Shown: positions 37,431-52,019, counted from the first letter of the stretch. The stretch: 64,000 bases of DNA from Octopus sinensis (GCF_006345805.1 NC_043008.1:17608001-17672000); one strand, 5' to 3'. Numbers and translations are program-made. The notes: a model not told the origin generated them from the sequence alone.

Positions 37431-37838
37431 TAGTGGCTGTAGGGTAACAAAGCTTACTTCCCAATCACATGTTTCTAGATTCAACCCACTGCATCACCCA
37501 TCGGTCAAGTGTCTTCTACTATAGACATGGGCCGACCAGAGTCTTGTGAGTGGATCTAGTAAACGGAAACTGAAAGAATCCTGTCAAATATCTGTGTGTC
37601 CTTTTGTCGGTCTGTCAGTGTGTGTCTGTGTGTGTTTGTGTTTGTATCCTCATCATCCTTTCACAACGAATGTTGGTGTATTAACGTCCCCGAAACTTAG
37701 CAGTTCGGCAAAAGTGACCGATAGAACATGTACTAGGCTTGCAAAGAATAAGTCCTGCGGTCGACTTCTTCGACGAAAATACTCTTTAAGGCGGTGCTCC
37801 AGCATGGCCGCAATCAAATGACTGAAACAAGTAAAATA
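37431..37838 (+). mobile_element. SINE family A (older copy)
   Basis: AAGTGTCTTCTACTATAG..ACGGAAACTGAAAGAA..GGCGGTGCTCCAGCATGGCCGCAATCAAATGACTGAAACAAG. Confidence 0.85.
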
Positions 37839-38171
37839 ATATTAGACTAAAAATATATATACCTTCATTCATACCTATGTATATATGTAGGGAAACGCAA
37901 TCAGACATCTATCTCTTTATCTATCCCTGTCTTTCATACACACACACACACACATACATACATACACATACACACATACACATAATACCCCACGCATACA
38001 TACGTATGTATGAATATACACACAAGCCGATATACACTTGGAATTATTACACTCTTCAGAAACCTCTAATGGTTGTTTGACATACAATAAACAGCAGGTA
38101 TATTTTGCTTACATCACACCGTTCATGCTTAAGAAATATCGCAGATTACTGGAGGCAGATTCAATTACATG

Positions 38172-38345
38172 TCGGACAAAACTCTTAGCGGCTTTTCGTA
38201 CGTAGCGGCATTTCAGGCTCGATTTTGCCTTTAATTCATTGGAGTCCCATACATTAAGAACCAAATGTGCACTGGAATTGATGTAATCGACTTACCCCCA
38301 CTTCCCCGAAATTACTGGTCTTGTGCCAAAATTTAAAAACAAAAT
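38172..38345 (+). mobile_element. degenerate SINE family C variant
   Basis: GATGTAATCGACTTACCCC..CTTGTGCCAAAATTT tail like 22650-22715. Confidence 0.55.
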
Positions 38346-39060
38346 ATTAGAGGGTTGATGCTTTAAATGTTAGAATACCCAATGCTAGAACCCTAAAGAG
38401 ACTGCTCGAGCACAACCAACATAAACAAAAACCTCACACAGACACACGGACACACGAACGTGGAAATATACGTTTACTGGAACACACACAAACAAGTAAA
38501 CACGATCATACATAAAGCTTGACACTCTGTCTGAAATTTAATTTGTAATGTTTATATACGATTTGCAACTCATCAATTATACAGGGCGAGTTGTCTTTTA
38601 GAAATGAAGTTTGACAGTAAATTAAGTATAATTTTCCTAACAGGTGAAATATAATCGATATATTTATGACACGTCTTTAATCTGTAGTGATATTTAAATT
38701 ACAAACATCAACAGATAAATATATTAGTTAATTAATTAGATACATTATTAATTAGAGATAATCACTGCAATACGAGTATTCTTAGTCTTGATGTATATGA
38801 TGTTTCAATAGAGTAAAAATAGAAATATCGATGATATTTCAAATAATTTGGACAAATTCACTCTAGGAAGAAGCGGGATCGAATATGACCAGCGCCACAG
38901 ATTTTAGTTTCACAACTACGTGGTTCTGCATTCAACCATACTGGGATGCCTGCAAGGCTGACAGATGTGACGTCATTTTGTAGACGAAAACTGTAGAGAA
39001 TCTGGCCGTATGTGTGTATGTATGAATGTGTGTATTTGTATGTGTGTAATGCGTAAGAAA

Positions 39061-39343
39061 ACACATAAAGCTCCACGAGGCTCCGGCAGGGATGGTGGTG
39101 ATCCCTGCTGTACTCTTTCACCACAACTTTCTCTCACTCTTACTTCCTGTTTCTGTTGTACCTGTATTTCAAAGGGCCGGCCTTGTCACTCTCTGTGTCA
39201 CGCTGAATATCCCCGAGAACTACGTTAAGGGTACACGTGTCTGTGGAGTGCTCAGCCACTTACACGTTAATTTCACGAGCAGGCTGTTCCGTTCATTCGG
39301 ATCAACCGGAACCCTCATCGTCGTAACCGACGGAGTGCTTCCA
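39061..39343 (+). mobile_element. SINE family B (5'-truncated, well preserved)
   Basis: Body shared with 1030-1115; 3' domain GAGAACTACGTTAAGGGTACACGTGTCTGTGGAGTGCTCAGCC..CGACGGAGTGC; A-rich tail. Confidence 0.82.
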
Positions 39344-40869
39344 AAAAAAAGAAAAAGTAATGCGTAAACAACTGCGTTATAGAAGCGCTGTATGTCTTAA
39401 CAGTGAAGCTTCATAATGTAACATTCCGTAATGCGATTTCAAACCCGCATATTTAAAGTTGAACTCAAAATCACAGAAAAGGCGTCCACTTCCACTAATG
39501 TTTAAAAAAACCTGACATGCAGGGACATATTTTTACAATATATTTCATCAATAGCCACTAGAGTAAAGTTTCACAGGAACACAGTTAATACACCCAAGCA
39601 GAAAATAAATGAACCAACACATTACAACTCCGGAAGTCCTTCGGTAGAATGGCTATCTAGACTCTTTCACCAATCATCAGTACATCAAACAAAATCTACA
39701 CATACAGTATGTATATATATATGTATATGTATGTATATATGTAGGTGAGAGAGTTGGTATATGTATATATGTATATATATGTATGTATATATGAATATAT
39801 ATATGTATATATGTACGTGTATATATATATATTTTATATATATATGTGTGTGTGTGTATATTATATATATATAAATATGATGGACTCTCTAATCGAAGAT
39901 GGCGTTTGAGTGTACAGCTTTTGCTGAAAACCTGTACAAACGATTTGTTTATAGTGATCAAACGTTCGTGCCACAAATTAGCTCATTCTCTCCAGCAAAT
40001 CGACGTTGTCTGACCAGGTGAACTGTGTACCAGGCGTCAAGGCATTGAAACATTCTAACCACCAGGTCTTGCGTCTTTGAGTGAACCGAAATTTTAATTT
40101 TTGTATCTTTTATATATATTCCTCTCATTAAAGTAGATGAACTTTTCAGACAGTTCTATACTATTAGTATCCTATCAGCTAATACCGAACCCAAAATATA
40201 TCAGCATTAAATTAATCGTTGTATTGTACTTGAAGTATCTTTGTGACATAGTCTGTACTAAAAGGAAAGGGGTTGTTCAAATCCCTTAAATTCATTTTTA
40301 AACTAAGACTCTGACTCCTTCAATCACTTAATTCATTGATTAAGTAAAAATTCCTTTGATTTCCTTAGTGAAACAGGTTTTGTTTCTGCGCGTTTTGCAG
40401 ATATATTCCTTTCACTGCTCTAACTGCTACCAATTGAAGCCAAACACACTCCGAATCACACCACACCGTCTTAAATACAGAAACCATTGCACAAAGGGAA
40501 AATTGATACTCACAATGACATGACGATCACAAATGGATCAGTCTCGATCAAGAATTACATTGAACTAAACGACGGTCATGTTATTTTGTTAGTCTAATTT
40601 TCGCCTTTATTATACATTGAAGGCCACAATCAAATACATAAGATATAACAATTGATTACAACCTCATAATGGACGATCTGATGGCTTAACTACTACGGCT
40701 TTTGACATGCACTAGTTTGTATGTGCTTAGATAGACAAGTCATTCGCTCTGAAATGTGTTAGAGTACTTTTGTATGAAAGGGTATAGGAAACAATGTTAG
40801 GGGAAAAATTTAAAGAGTGTATGTTATAAGAGAGAGAAGACAGTTGCTCATTTGTGGAAGATAGACAGA

Positions 40870-41270
40870 AAAGTATCTGAGAGAGAAAACGGGCAATTAT
40901 CCACCATTGCTAAACAATGTAAATTAGAAGACTATTAAATGAAGATTATTGCTGCTGTGTCTGAAATTTATTTATGGCCATATAAATAATAAAATTGGAT
41001 CTTGTCGGTCTAGATTTATTGCTGTTTTATGTAACTTAGTTGGGATATTATAGATGAGTTATTGTCAAGGATGGTGAAATATTAGCTAAGCAGCCTCGGT
41101 TCTTGAATCATTATGAATGCAGACATATGTTTGTGGTTTATACAGTTAACTTTACCTAGGCCTTTCAGCATAGTTGGGAATATTTAAATGTGCTTACAGC
41201 TGTAGCTGTTGGTATGATTTGCCTTTACTTCATACTTAAAACTTCGATGAAGCAAATATGTTATCAGATG
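40870..41270 (+). mobile_element. possible very old L1/Tx1-type RT remnant
   Basis: Broken motifs KTGNYPPLLN, LLNEDY and VNF..AF..SWEYL resemble NYRPISLLN-DYK and DFEKAFD..WEYL. Confidence 0.3.
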
Positions 41271-41326
41271 CATTGCAGCTTTCGAATGTTTCATTTAGAC
41301 TATATTTCTTGAATTTTCTTCAATTT

Positions 41327-41530
41327 AAAGGCGGCGAGCTGGCAGAAACTTTAGGTGAAATGCTTAGCAGTATTTCGTCTGCCGCTACGTTCTGAGTTCA
41401 AATTCCGCGAGGTCGACTTTGCCTTTCATCCTTTCGGGGTCGTACTGGGGTCGATGTAATGGACTTAATCCGTTTGTCTGTTCTTTTTTGTCCCCTCTGT
41501 GCGTAGACCCATGTGGGCAGTAAAGAAATA
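41327..41530 (+). mobile_element. SINE family C with a 16-bp TSD-like repeat
   Basis: ATATTTCTTGAATTTT at 41302-41317 and 41528-41543. Confidence 0.88.
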
Positions 41531-41589
41531 TTTCTTGAATTTTATTGTTCAATTTTATTTTAAGTTGTTACATTGTGCTCTGGGGTGAC

Positions 41590-42450
41590 GGGAAGTTAAG
41601 CCTCACCGTTCTAGAGTTCTGGAAGGATCACTATAACATCGTGATATACCTCAGAATTATCGATATGGCCTGGATAGGTGTTACAAAGAGGGCCTTGACT
41701 TCTGCATGGGAGAAGCTGTAGCCTGAAGCTGTCTCTGAAACGGACTTTGAAAAACTCGAACTTGAAGTGGCAGTGGTGGAGAAGATTGCATCCCTCAGCA
41801 AGCCCATGGGCCTGGACATGGATAAAGGTGACATCAACGAGCTCATCGATGTTCAATCCGAGGAGCTAAAGAAGCTACAGACGCAGCAGCGCATGGAGGT
41901 ATCGCAAGAAATAGGCGACGTGGAGGAGGTGGAGGAGGTTATCTCTACAAGTACGATAAAGGAAATGTTGAGAATGTGGGAGAAACTTTCAGACTTATTC
42001 AAAAGAACACCCAGAAAATGTCGGAACCGGGCGTGAGACGGCGTTGTTCAATTACACTTGACACACTCATTTCAGAAACGTGCTGAAATTGAGGGATGAA
42101 ACAGACCTCTTTGGATAGGTTTTTCTCGAAAAGTCCTGCAGATGAAAGTGAGAGAAGCGTGCCGAAAAGGGCAAAAATCGGCGAATAAGATTCAGTTATT
42201 CAGTTCAGCTTTTCTCCTCCACCTCTGTCGGCATCATCAAGCCGTCTGATCTCCAAGGTAAATGCTGCATATTTTTCTTAACAAAACCAGTTTATTGCAG
42301 TACATTTTATTGTATTGTTTTTTTTTATTGAATATTAGTTATTTATAAGTGCATTTTTCTTATTTAAAATACTTTAAAAAGTTGCGGAGTATTGTGGGGT
42401 GCCCGGAACAGATTAATGACATCACAATTAATTTCAATGGGGATAAGTGA
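41590..42450 (+). mobile_element. Tigger/pogo DNA transposon, 3' part
   Basis: LEFWKDHYNIVIYLRIIDMAW.GVTKRALTSAWEKL, DINELI..SEEL, FRNVLK..KQTSLDRFF motifs typical of Tigger transposase C-termini; AT-rich 3' terminal region. Confidence 0.82.
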
Positions 42451-42476
42451 TTGCCATATATATATATACACACACA

Positions 42477-42537
<61 letters not shown>

Positions 42538-42589
42538 CATACATACGAGTAATTTGAGTCAGGTGTGTATTTGCATATGCCCTCCACTT

Positions 42590-42775
42590 TCTCTTGCCAA
42601 CAGGTGTTATTTTGTTTAGATCACTGCAACTTAGTGGTTCGACAAAATAAAAATGATAGAATATACACCAGGCTTTCGAAAGAAAATAAGTACTGCAGTC
42701 GATTTCTTCGTCTAAATACCTCAAGGCGCTACCCCAAAAATGGCAGCCGTTGTACTGCTGAAACATGTACAAGGT
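42590..42775 (+). mobile_element. degenerate SINE family A 3' half
   Basis: AACTTAGTGGTTCG.CAAAA..GATAGAATA..GTCGATTTCTTCG.CTAAA. Confidence 0.55.
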
Positions 42776-43442
42776 AGAACGTAAAGTTACGCCCAGCAGG
42801 ATCTCTATGGCTTCTGTCTCAAATTTAGCCTTATTCATTAATATATATGATAAAAACTTTATCCTGAAGACGCTGGTACATAATTCATTCTTATCTCGTA
42901 TATTTTTTGACCAAATCCTGTTTTTATCACAAGATAATGGTTTATATGTAGACAGTTAATGAAAATAAGAGAAACAGCATTAAAAATATATCCAGACAAA
43001 GCCTGACATATGCTTTTCATTTCAATCTGTTATTAATTGATTTAGTTGATATTATATCGTTTATATGTTACATGCAAAGAGATTACGTACATCTTAGATT
43101 CGAATTTTCTTAAGATCGTGAGCGTGCGCGTTAATTTGTCTGTGTGTTTGATTGTGTGCGTGTGTGCATGATTGTGTATTTGTGTGCGTTTTTGTGTGTG
43201 TGTTTGTGTGAGTGAGTTTGCGTATCTGTGTATGTTTGTGTGTGAGTGTGTTTGTGTGTATTTATGTATGTGTTTGTGTGTCTTGCTGTGTGTGTGTATA
43301 TAGGCGTGTTTGTGAAACCAGCTAACTACATTCCGTGTAGCTGTTGGTCAGAAGCGGGTTTTTATATTGTTTTGTAGTTATACGTTTGCAAAGATTTAAA
43401 CTTAATGCATTTAGTTTTTAATCTATTTAAGACAGTGCATAT

Positions 43443-43542
43443 ACTCTTACTCTTTTACTCTTCTACATGTTTCAGTCATGCGACTGTAGCCAAGCGATGT
43501 TGGGAGGGACAAACATGGACACACAAACATATACACACGCAT

Positions 43543-43580
<38 letters not shown>

Positions 43581-43604
43581 ATACACACACACACAAACAC
43601 ACAT

Positions 43605-43647
<43 letters not shown>

Positions 43648-44075
43648 GAACGGTAAGCTTTATGAAAATAGACAAAAGACGAAGGCAGGTTTACGGAAAT
43701 AAACAAAAGACGAAGGCAGGTGGAATACAAACAAACAATTGTATTAGTATGGCGCTCAGGAAATATAAATGAAACAAGTCTTTATGTTTCGAGCCTACGC
43801 TCTTCAACAGAAAGATACACAGAGAAAAAAAACACAGAAAGAAGGAGAGAAAAAATATGCGTGCAAAAGCTAGCGAATCAACATGGCGATATATATATAT
43901 ATATATATATACGACGGGCTTCTTTCAGTTTCCGTCTGCCAAACCCACTCACATGGCTTTGGTCGGCCTGAGGCTAATGTAGAAGACACTTGCCCAAGGT
44001 GCCACGCAGTGGGACTGAACCCAGAACCATGTGATTCGTAAGCAAGCTACTTACTACACAGCCACATCTACGCCT
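43443..44075 (-). mobile_element. SINE family A split by an insertion in its internal microsatellite
   Basis: Internally deleted 3' part 43443-43535; 5' half 43912-44075. Confidence 0.82.
43651..43888 (-). mobile_element. Penelope-type terminal-repeat fragment, family 2, with a hammerhead-like motif at 43779-43815
   Basis: Minus TCTTT-CTGTTGA-A-GAGC(gtag)GCTC-GAAA-CAT-AAAGA; internal 29-bp tandem repeat. Confidence 0.65.
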
Positions 44076-44660
44076 ACTAGTAGTGATGTTTCTTTTTTGT
44101 GTTTTTTTTGCTATACTTTTCAAGAAATGGATGTCATGATGTAATGTTTTCCATGGTGCAAATCAAAGAATGGTGAACATTGTCATGCTTCTCTTCAACT
44201 TGATCGGTCTTTCTACACTCCGTATCAGAGATGAGCCAGAATGTTACGGACAACGCACTATGTTTAGATATTGTCGTGTGTATAAAACGATGGTCGAGTT
44301 TGAGGAATTTTAAGAGTTCATAGATTTATTTGGGAGCAAACACCTTTCCAATCCGACAACAGCGATTTGTTCCGGGAGGTATCAAAGACAGTCAAGTTAT
44401 AAAAGAGAACTAATGAAAAGAAGAAATAGTTCACAACGATGGTCAGATAATTGAATTATTTATCTCGAAAATGATGAAGGCAAAGCTCACTTCGGTAGTA
44501 TTTGAATCTAGATCGCCATTAGCCGGAACGATTATCGTTAATTGATATATTTCCAGCATTCTAACAAGCCTGACAATTTGCCTGCACATATGTGATTGTG
44601 CGTGTGTGTGCATGTACGCATGTATATTCATATTTCCTTATACATGTATACACACACACG

Positions 44661-44679
<19 letters not shown>

Positions 44680-44691
<12 letters not shown>

Positions 44692-44849
44692 GTTTATATA
44701 TAAATATACATATATATATATATATACATATGTATGTGTATATATATGTGTGTGTGCTTATGACCATACACATTCACACAAACACAAACACATATATATA
44801 TACACACATACATACTCACACAGATATATAAAAATGCAAATATATATAT

Positions 44850-44882
<33 letters not shown>

Positions 44883-45012
44883 GTATGTATATATATATAC
44901 ATACACACACACATATATATATGTATACATACATATATAGATATACACACATATATATATATATATTATATATATATATATAATATATATATATAATATA
45001 TATATATATATA

Positions 45013-45069
<57 letters not shown>

Positions 45070-45942
45070 CAGACAGAGAGAGTGAGAGAGAGAAAGGAAG
45101 AAAAATGGAGACTGTATAGACTGTATAGACACGCATGGACTCAGGTAATACAAATTCTGATTCTTTAAACGCAGTATGTAACCCTTGAGAATGCTCAGTG
45201 TATCGATCAATAAGCGCTGTCATGGTTTTTACATTTGTGTGGATTAAACAAACCAGAAGAATGGATTCATACATACATCATAAAGAAAATATGGAATGTT
45301 TACCACTAATTATCCTGCTTGTCATCTTGATATTGAGCTAAAGTGATTTATAAACAAAATATAATTATTCGTTCGGATTCACAATATAAAACATTTGCAA
45401 ACATCACGAGTGGATTTCGTACAAATTTAACAATAATGGACGAGAGTTTGCACATGACTTATAACAATAGGGGAAAATTCTTCAAGCAGTCTCTACTGCA
45501 GGACTATCATAGATACTAATATGTCCCGTGATGACGACGAAATATATTGTCATCATAGGACACATCAGGTACGTACATTTAAGTAAAGGTAAGGAGGTCT
45601 GTAGCAGAGAGATATGCATGGAAATAAGAACTGCAATGCCAGTTTATTACAGGATATTTATGCTTTAAAAATTGCACCACAAATTATCGTGAACGTTACT
45701 TATACGTACATATGGGTATATATGTATATGTAACTATCTATACTATGCATATGTATATATAAGAGTCTATGTGTGTGTATGTGCGTGTAATAGAGTTGTA
45801 TAGATCTATAAGTATACGTAAAAAAATATATATGTATGTGTGTGTGTATGTATGTATATTCCTTTATATGCCTATATATATAAATACATATACATATAAA
45901 TATAGTTATATGTATATATGGAAGAATATATATATATATCTG

Positions 45943-46034
<92 letters not shown>

Positions 46035-46090
46035 AATATATACTTACATACATACATACACATATAAATATATATATATATATATATACT

Positions 46091-46165
<75 letters not shown>
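44680..46165. repeat. (TA)n-rich microsatellite fields (44680-45062, 45930-46165)
   Basis: Direct inspection. Confidence 0.9.
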
Positions 46166-46169
<4 letters not shown>

Positions 46170-47406
46170 ACGTATGCGCAAACATGTATGCATATATAAC
46201 TATATATGCATGTGTATGTATATCTCGTAGATATGGGCGAACGAGTGTATATATGAACATATGTATGTGCTAGTGTGTGTGCTTGAAATTTGAACTAGAT
46301 GCTATCGAGTATCACTTAAATTTCATTTCCCTTTTCCTTGTCCCTCCTTCAACTGGTGAACGATATCCTTGAGATGGTTTTGCTTTCAGCCCCGCAGCAT
46401 TTCTGACCAGCTGTTACAGTTTGTCAGACAAATTGATTACTTATTCCACATTCATGCTATGTTTGAAGTGCTATGTACTTTATTTAGCATTCTTGGAATG
46501 TTACGAAAAGTATTTGTAGGAATATATTTAGAATCAGATCTACAAAAAAAAAAAGAAAAAAAAAAGAAGAAGAACTATAATTGTAAGAGAAAAAGAAAGG
46601 ACAGTTCTAACTCTATATCCTTGCGGTGACTCATACAGTGCAAATTATCGTAACCGCATTGGACTAAATTTAATTTGCTGTCGAAATACATATTGAGCAA
46701 AATGCTACGATTATCAAAGAAAAATAAAAAAAATGTCTTCACGGATGCAGTTATCCTTCTGCCTAGTAGTATCTTCAATTCATCTTAGGTTACTTGCAAT
46801 AATTCCAACACGTAAAATTTAAGTAACTATGATCAATATAAATATTCAAAAAATATTCACGCTATTATTTTTTCTTCAAATCTGGATTTATTTTTCATTA
46901 ATACGAATTTACGAAATTAATCTATTAAAAAAAACTATTAATATAGATTTATATGTTGAACTATTTATATCTATATTCCAATCTATATATTCCAATCTAA
47001 AAATTCAACTATAGTGACTGATGAAGTGTGGTAATAGTTATTAGATTTGCAGTTCCTTGGGGTTTAGCATCTGCTGCTCACAGCAATGTCTCCTTAAATT
47101 AAGTAACTGATACCCGCACACATGCATACATAGACAGATATAGATAGATATAAAGACATTATAATAACATGTATTGGTATTAATGTCTATAGGCACTAAT
47201 ACATATGTTATATACATGTCTATAGATGTGCGTTTACGAATACAGTTATACAACTATATACTCTCGTGTTTGCATATAGAAATATATAAGTGTATGTTTT
47301 CGTGTATGTATGTATGATATATACATATATATGAGCGTGTGTGTGTATATGTACGTATATATATATGCACGTATATATGTATGTATATATAATATAAATG
47401 GTATAT

Positions 47407-47494
<88 letters not shown>

Positions 47495-47790
47495 GGACTG
47501 CCTTTAGAGACCTTCTCCATGTGGATTCCGTTTTATATACACGGCAACGAGAAATGCGTCTATGACGTCCGTTGTCCATAAGATTCTGGTTCATCACTGC
47601 TTTGGGGTGTAAATAGACTGGCTCTATAAGAAAATGATATCAAATTTAAATGATGGACGTAAGGTTTCTTCAGGGTTCTGAACAGTGTTATATTATCAAT
47701 GGAGCAAGAAAACAAGAGTTCTTATACTTGGTTTAGTAGGGAAGAACTCGTTCGGTCCAGCAGTTTTCTCTCACGGTATCGTAAAATGAT

Positions 47791-48028
47791 ATCGTAAGGC
47801 GGCGAGCTGGTAAAATCGTTAGGACGGTGGGCGAAATGCTTAGCGGTATTTCGTATGCCATTACGTTGTGAGTTCAAATCCCGCCGAGGTCGACTTTGCC
47901 TTTCATCCTTTCGGGGTCGATAAATTAAGTACCAGTTACACACTGGAGTCGATGTAATCGACTTAATATCTATGTCTGTCCTTGTTTGTCCCCTCTATGT
48001 TTAGCCCCTTGTGGGTAATAAAGAAATA
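47791..48028 (+). mobile_element. SINE family C with a 16-bp TSD
   Basis: GGTATCGTAAAATGAT at 47775-47790 and 48029-48044. Confidence 0.9.
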
Positions 48029-48547
48029 GGTATCGTAAAATGATTTCGTCATTAAACTTAAAACATGAGAAGGCCTTGCTGCAGAGGAATCTACCTGGTG
48101 CAGTATTAGGAATAACAGTGTTAACGTTTAAATTGAGCAGAGAAAGATCAGAAAATTCCAATGCTAGGAGAACAAAATAATAATAATATTAATAATGATA
48201 ATAATAATATGGCACATTTGCAAAGGAAAGAAAAAGAAATAAATGGAAATGACAAAGAACTCTCAACCATTCCAAAAGAGATGACAAGGAACATAATGTA
48301 TATGAACGAAAAAAAAAAAATTAACACACACAAATATACACATTGCGCATGCACGCACGCATGCACATACGTGCAGACGCACACACGTATATTGTTCTTC
48401 TCGTAAGCACATAAGTGACATGAAATAAATCATTTTTAAAGGTATTAACCGAAATGGATGTGGCTATAAATATTAGTTGCTTCACGTAACATGGTTCAAG
48501 CTGTTTTTGTTTTTTGTTTTTCTCTCTCACACCATTTTTTTTCTTCT

Positions 48548-48680
48548 CCTCAACAATTTCTAGCGATAAGCCGAGGCTCGAAACGTCAAAAACTTTTCCA
48601 TCCTTCCCATGTTTCAAACTAATACACCTGTTTGTATTTCCTTCATCAGTCTTCGTCTTTCGTTTTCTGTAAATTTTAGA
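48548..48680 (+). mobile_element. degenerate Penelope-type fragment, family 2
   Basis: AGC.GAGGCTCGAAACGTCAAAAAC..ACTAATACACCTGTTTGT..GTCTTCGTCTTT. Confidence 0.5.
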
Positions 48681-48729
48681 TATGTGTGTGTGTATGAGTG
48701 TGCTTGGGTGAAGAAATAGCGATGCACAT

Positions 48730-48769
<40 letters not shown>

Positions 48770-48811
48770 TTTCTCTCTCTCTCTCTATGTATATATATAT
48801 ATGTATATATG

Positions 48812-48883
<72 letters not shown>

Positions 48884-49139
48884 CAAAATATATCCAAGGT
48901 AATGTGGTACGATCGTTTCATGCTACTTCATTTTAGTAAACACTGTAAGCATTACATCAGTTTTAAAATGTCGAGCAATCTTCAGCATCTATAGAAATTT
49001 TCCAATCAAACGGACAATGCACATTCTTATCCCTATTTCGTTTGCCACATTATAAAGAGGGTAGATATACAGACAAAGAGGTTGATTTCATTCTTAAGAA
49101 CATGATAGTATTAAATCTGCTCTCTGACTTATCTGGCTT

Positions 49140-49379
49140 CCGTGCCGGTTGCACGTAAAATGCACCAATCCGATCGTGGCCGTTGCCAGCCTCGCCTGGC
49201 ACCTGTGCCGGTTGCACGTAAAAAGCACCCACTACACTCACGGAGTGGTTGGCGTTAGGAAGTGCATCCAGCTGTAAAAACATTGCCAGATAAGACTGGA
49301 GCCTGGTGCAGCCTTCTGGCTTCCCAGATCCCCGGTCGACCCGTCCAACCCATGCTAGCATGGAGAACGGACGTTAAAC

Positions 49380-49421
<42 letters not shown>
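49140..49421 (+). mobile_element. 5'-truncated RTE-related SINE with a (GAT)14 tail
   Basis: GTTGGCGTTAGGAAG.GCATCCAGCTGT..CCAACCCATGCTAGCATGG..GGACGTTAAAC(GAT)n; internal repeat GTGCCGGTTGCACGTAAAA at ~49142 and ~49206. Confidence 0.72.
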
Positions 49422-50138
49422 ATATATATATATATATATCAAGCCAAAGCGTGTTTATTTTCATCATGATCTCCAAATCTAAATCCCCAGGATCCCTCTT
49501 ACACCCACTCCTACATTTCTCCATGCATTCAGTCCTCGATATAAACAACGATATGTAGGTTCAAATTACTTGAGTACTACTACACGTTTTCTATACTGAC
49601 TCAATATATGTATTGCTTGAATGCTGTTTGGTACATGCTTGTCAAGTGATAGGATCGCTTCTTGAATAGAGTAATAAGGTACGTCTTATTCACGGGTCTT
49701 CATTCCATGTCACTTTAGTCAAATCCTTTGAAAACTATATTAGTAGCAGTTCGAGGTCTTATCCGATGACTGACCAGTCTCCACTCCAGGGGAGTGTTTT
49801 GTACACTTAGTTTGTTAAAGACCACAAAAAGCTCTGTCCGGTTTAATGGTCCATTAATAGTCATATAAATAAGAAGTTGGGGTAAAAGTTGTTGGTTACT
49901 ATTCGCCATATATATATATATAAGTCTGTGTGTGTGTGTGTGGCGTGTGTGTGTGAATGCAAATATATATATATATACATATATATATATGAATATATAT
50001 ATATATATACTTATATATACATATATACATAAATATTTTATATATGTATATTTATGTTTATATATATATATACATGTATATATATATAATATATATATAT
50101 ATACATATATACATCTATACTTATATATATATATATAT

Positions 50139-50175
<37 letters not shown>

Positions 50176-50772
50176 TATACTTATATATGTATATATATAT
50201 ATATATATATGTATATTTAATATGTATATATGCACACATATTATAGACGCATATGCACACACACTCAAACCCTTCTCTAATAAACATCATCTCTATAACT
50301 AGTTAACCATTTCTTTTCACAACTCCCCCTCACACCCATGACATGTGATTCTCTTTTTCTGTCTCTTTAGTTGTATTTATTCAGAATCACGTCATTTTAA
50401 TCATCCCCGAAGCACACATTTTATTAACTTACGTTTGCCTTCAGAACGATATCCATTCTCAACGCCATTTTCCATCTACGCTTAGATAAACATATACACA
50501 CATGCAAATTCATGCATATGTACACTTATTTATATATTATATATATAACTATATATATATATGTGTGAATGTGTGTTTGTGTGCGTGAATGTACGTATGC
50601 GTGAATATATCTGAGTGTGCATACGTGTATATATATATATATATATAATATATATTATATATATAATATATTATATATATATACGTATATATATATATAT
50701 ATATACACGTATATTATATATATAGATAGATATATATGTGTATAATATACATATATACATTATATATATATA

Positions 50773-50804
<32 letters not shown>

Positions 50805-51022
50805 ATATATATATATGTATATATGTATAATATATATATATATATATAATATATACATATATATTATGTTGTATATATATATATATAATTATATAATATA
50901 TATGTAGAATAGAAATAATATACACACACATGCACTCAGATACATTCACGCATACGTACATTCACGCACACACACACACACATATATATATACACACATA
51001 TATATATGTGTGTGTGTGTGTG

Positions 51023-51054
<32 letters not shown>

Positions 51055-51619
51055 CTGACAGAAACGCATATACATGTATATTCATACACAGGTGTGTGTG
51101 TGTTTGTGTATATATATATTTATGTATGCGTGTATTGCTGATCAATCAGCAAACAGCTGTTTCTGATATAATGCTGTGCAATTGACTAAATTTTGGTTGA
51201 TTCCCAGCGAAGTGTAAAGGAAACGAATAAAATAAATGAATATATATCATAAAAACAAAAAAAAAATATATAGAAATCAATATAAGCAGGAAAGAAAATT
51301 CGGTGAAAATACAAAAAAAAAAATAAAAAATAAGTAACCAAATAAATGACAACGTCGCTCTTTCTTAACGTTTCATTCGTTCATTCATTCTCTCTTTTTC
51401 TTCTTCTCTCTCACCCTTGCTTTTTTTTTTTTTTGTTTTTTTCTTTGGTCTTTGTCTTTTAACTATTCGATAAATCTATGGCTCCTAACTACCTCCATTA
51501 ATAATACTCTAACAATCTCAACCTAATTATGATTTCTTGATTTCTCACTGCATTTATCAAGAAAAGTTCAGAAATATTACAACGAAGGAATAAGTAATAG
51601 AACATTCATTTACATGGAT

Positions 51620-51649
51620 ATTATTATTATTATTATTATTATTTTTTTA

Positions 51650-51694
<45 letters not shown>

Positions 51695-51707
51695 CATCAT
51701 CATCATC

Positions 51708-51755
<48 letters not shown>

Positions 51756-51765
51756 TATAATAATA
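51620..51765. repeat. (TTA)n-(ATC)n-(AAT)n compound microsatellite
   Basis: Opposed TTA and AAT runs. Confidence 0.95.
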
Positions 51766-51977
51766 AAAATATTCAGAGAAATACATAGCAAAAACACCAG
51801 GACTTACAAACACATATAACATACAGAAAATTGCACTACTAGGCACTGCACACATCCTACGCAGAACACTTTCCATACAATAACCATCAGAGCATCACAA
51901 CAAATCACAGCACATACCCAAGACACACAGAGCTGCGCTCGGTAGTGAAGTGAAAGCACGCTATAAAAATAAAACTA

Positions 51978-51980
<3 letters not shown>
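51766..51980 (+). mobile_element. R4/Dong-like LINE 3' end #1
   Basis: KYSEKYIAKTPGLTNTYNIQKIALLGTAHILRRTLSIQ* (QK.ALLGTA.ILR motif), with an (AAT)n tail. Confidence 0.78.

Positions 51981-52019
<39 letters not shown>

Noticed and set aside
46369-46778. Overlapping plus- and minus-strand ORFs
   Set aside because: Partly poly-A derived lysine runs; no homology recognised.
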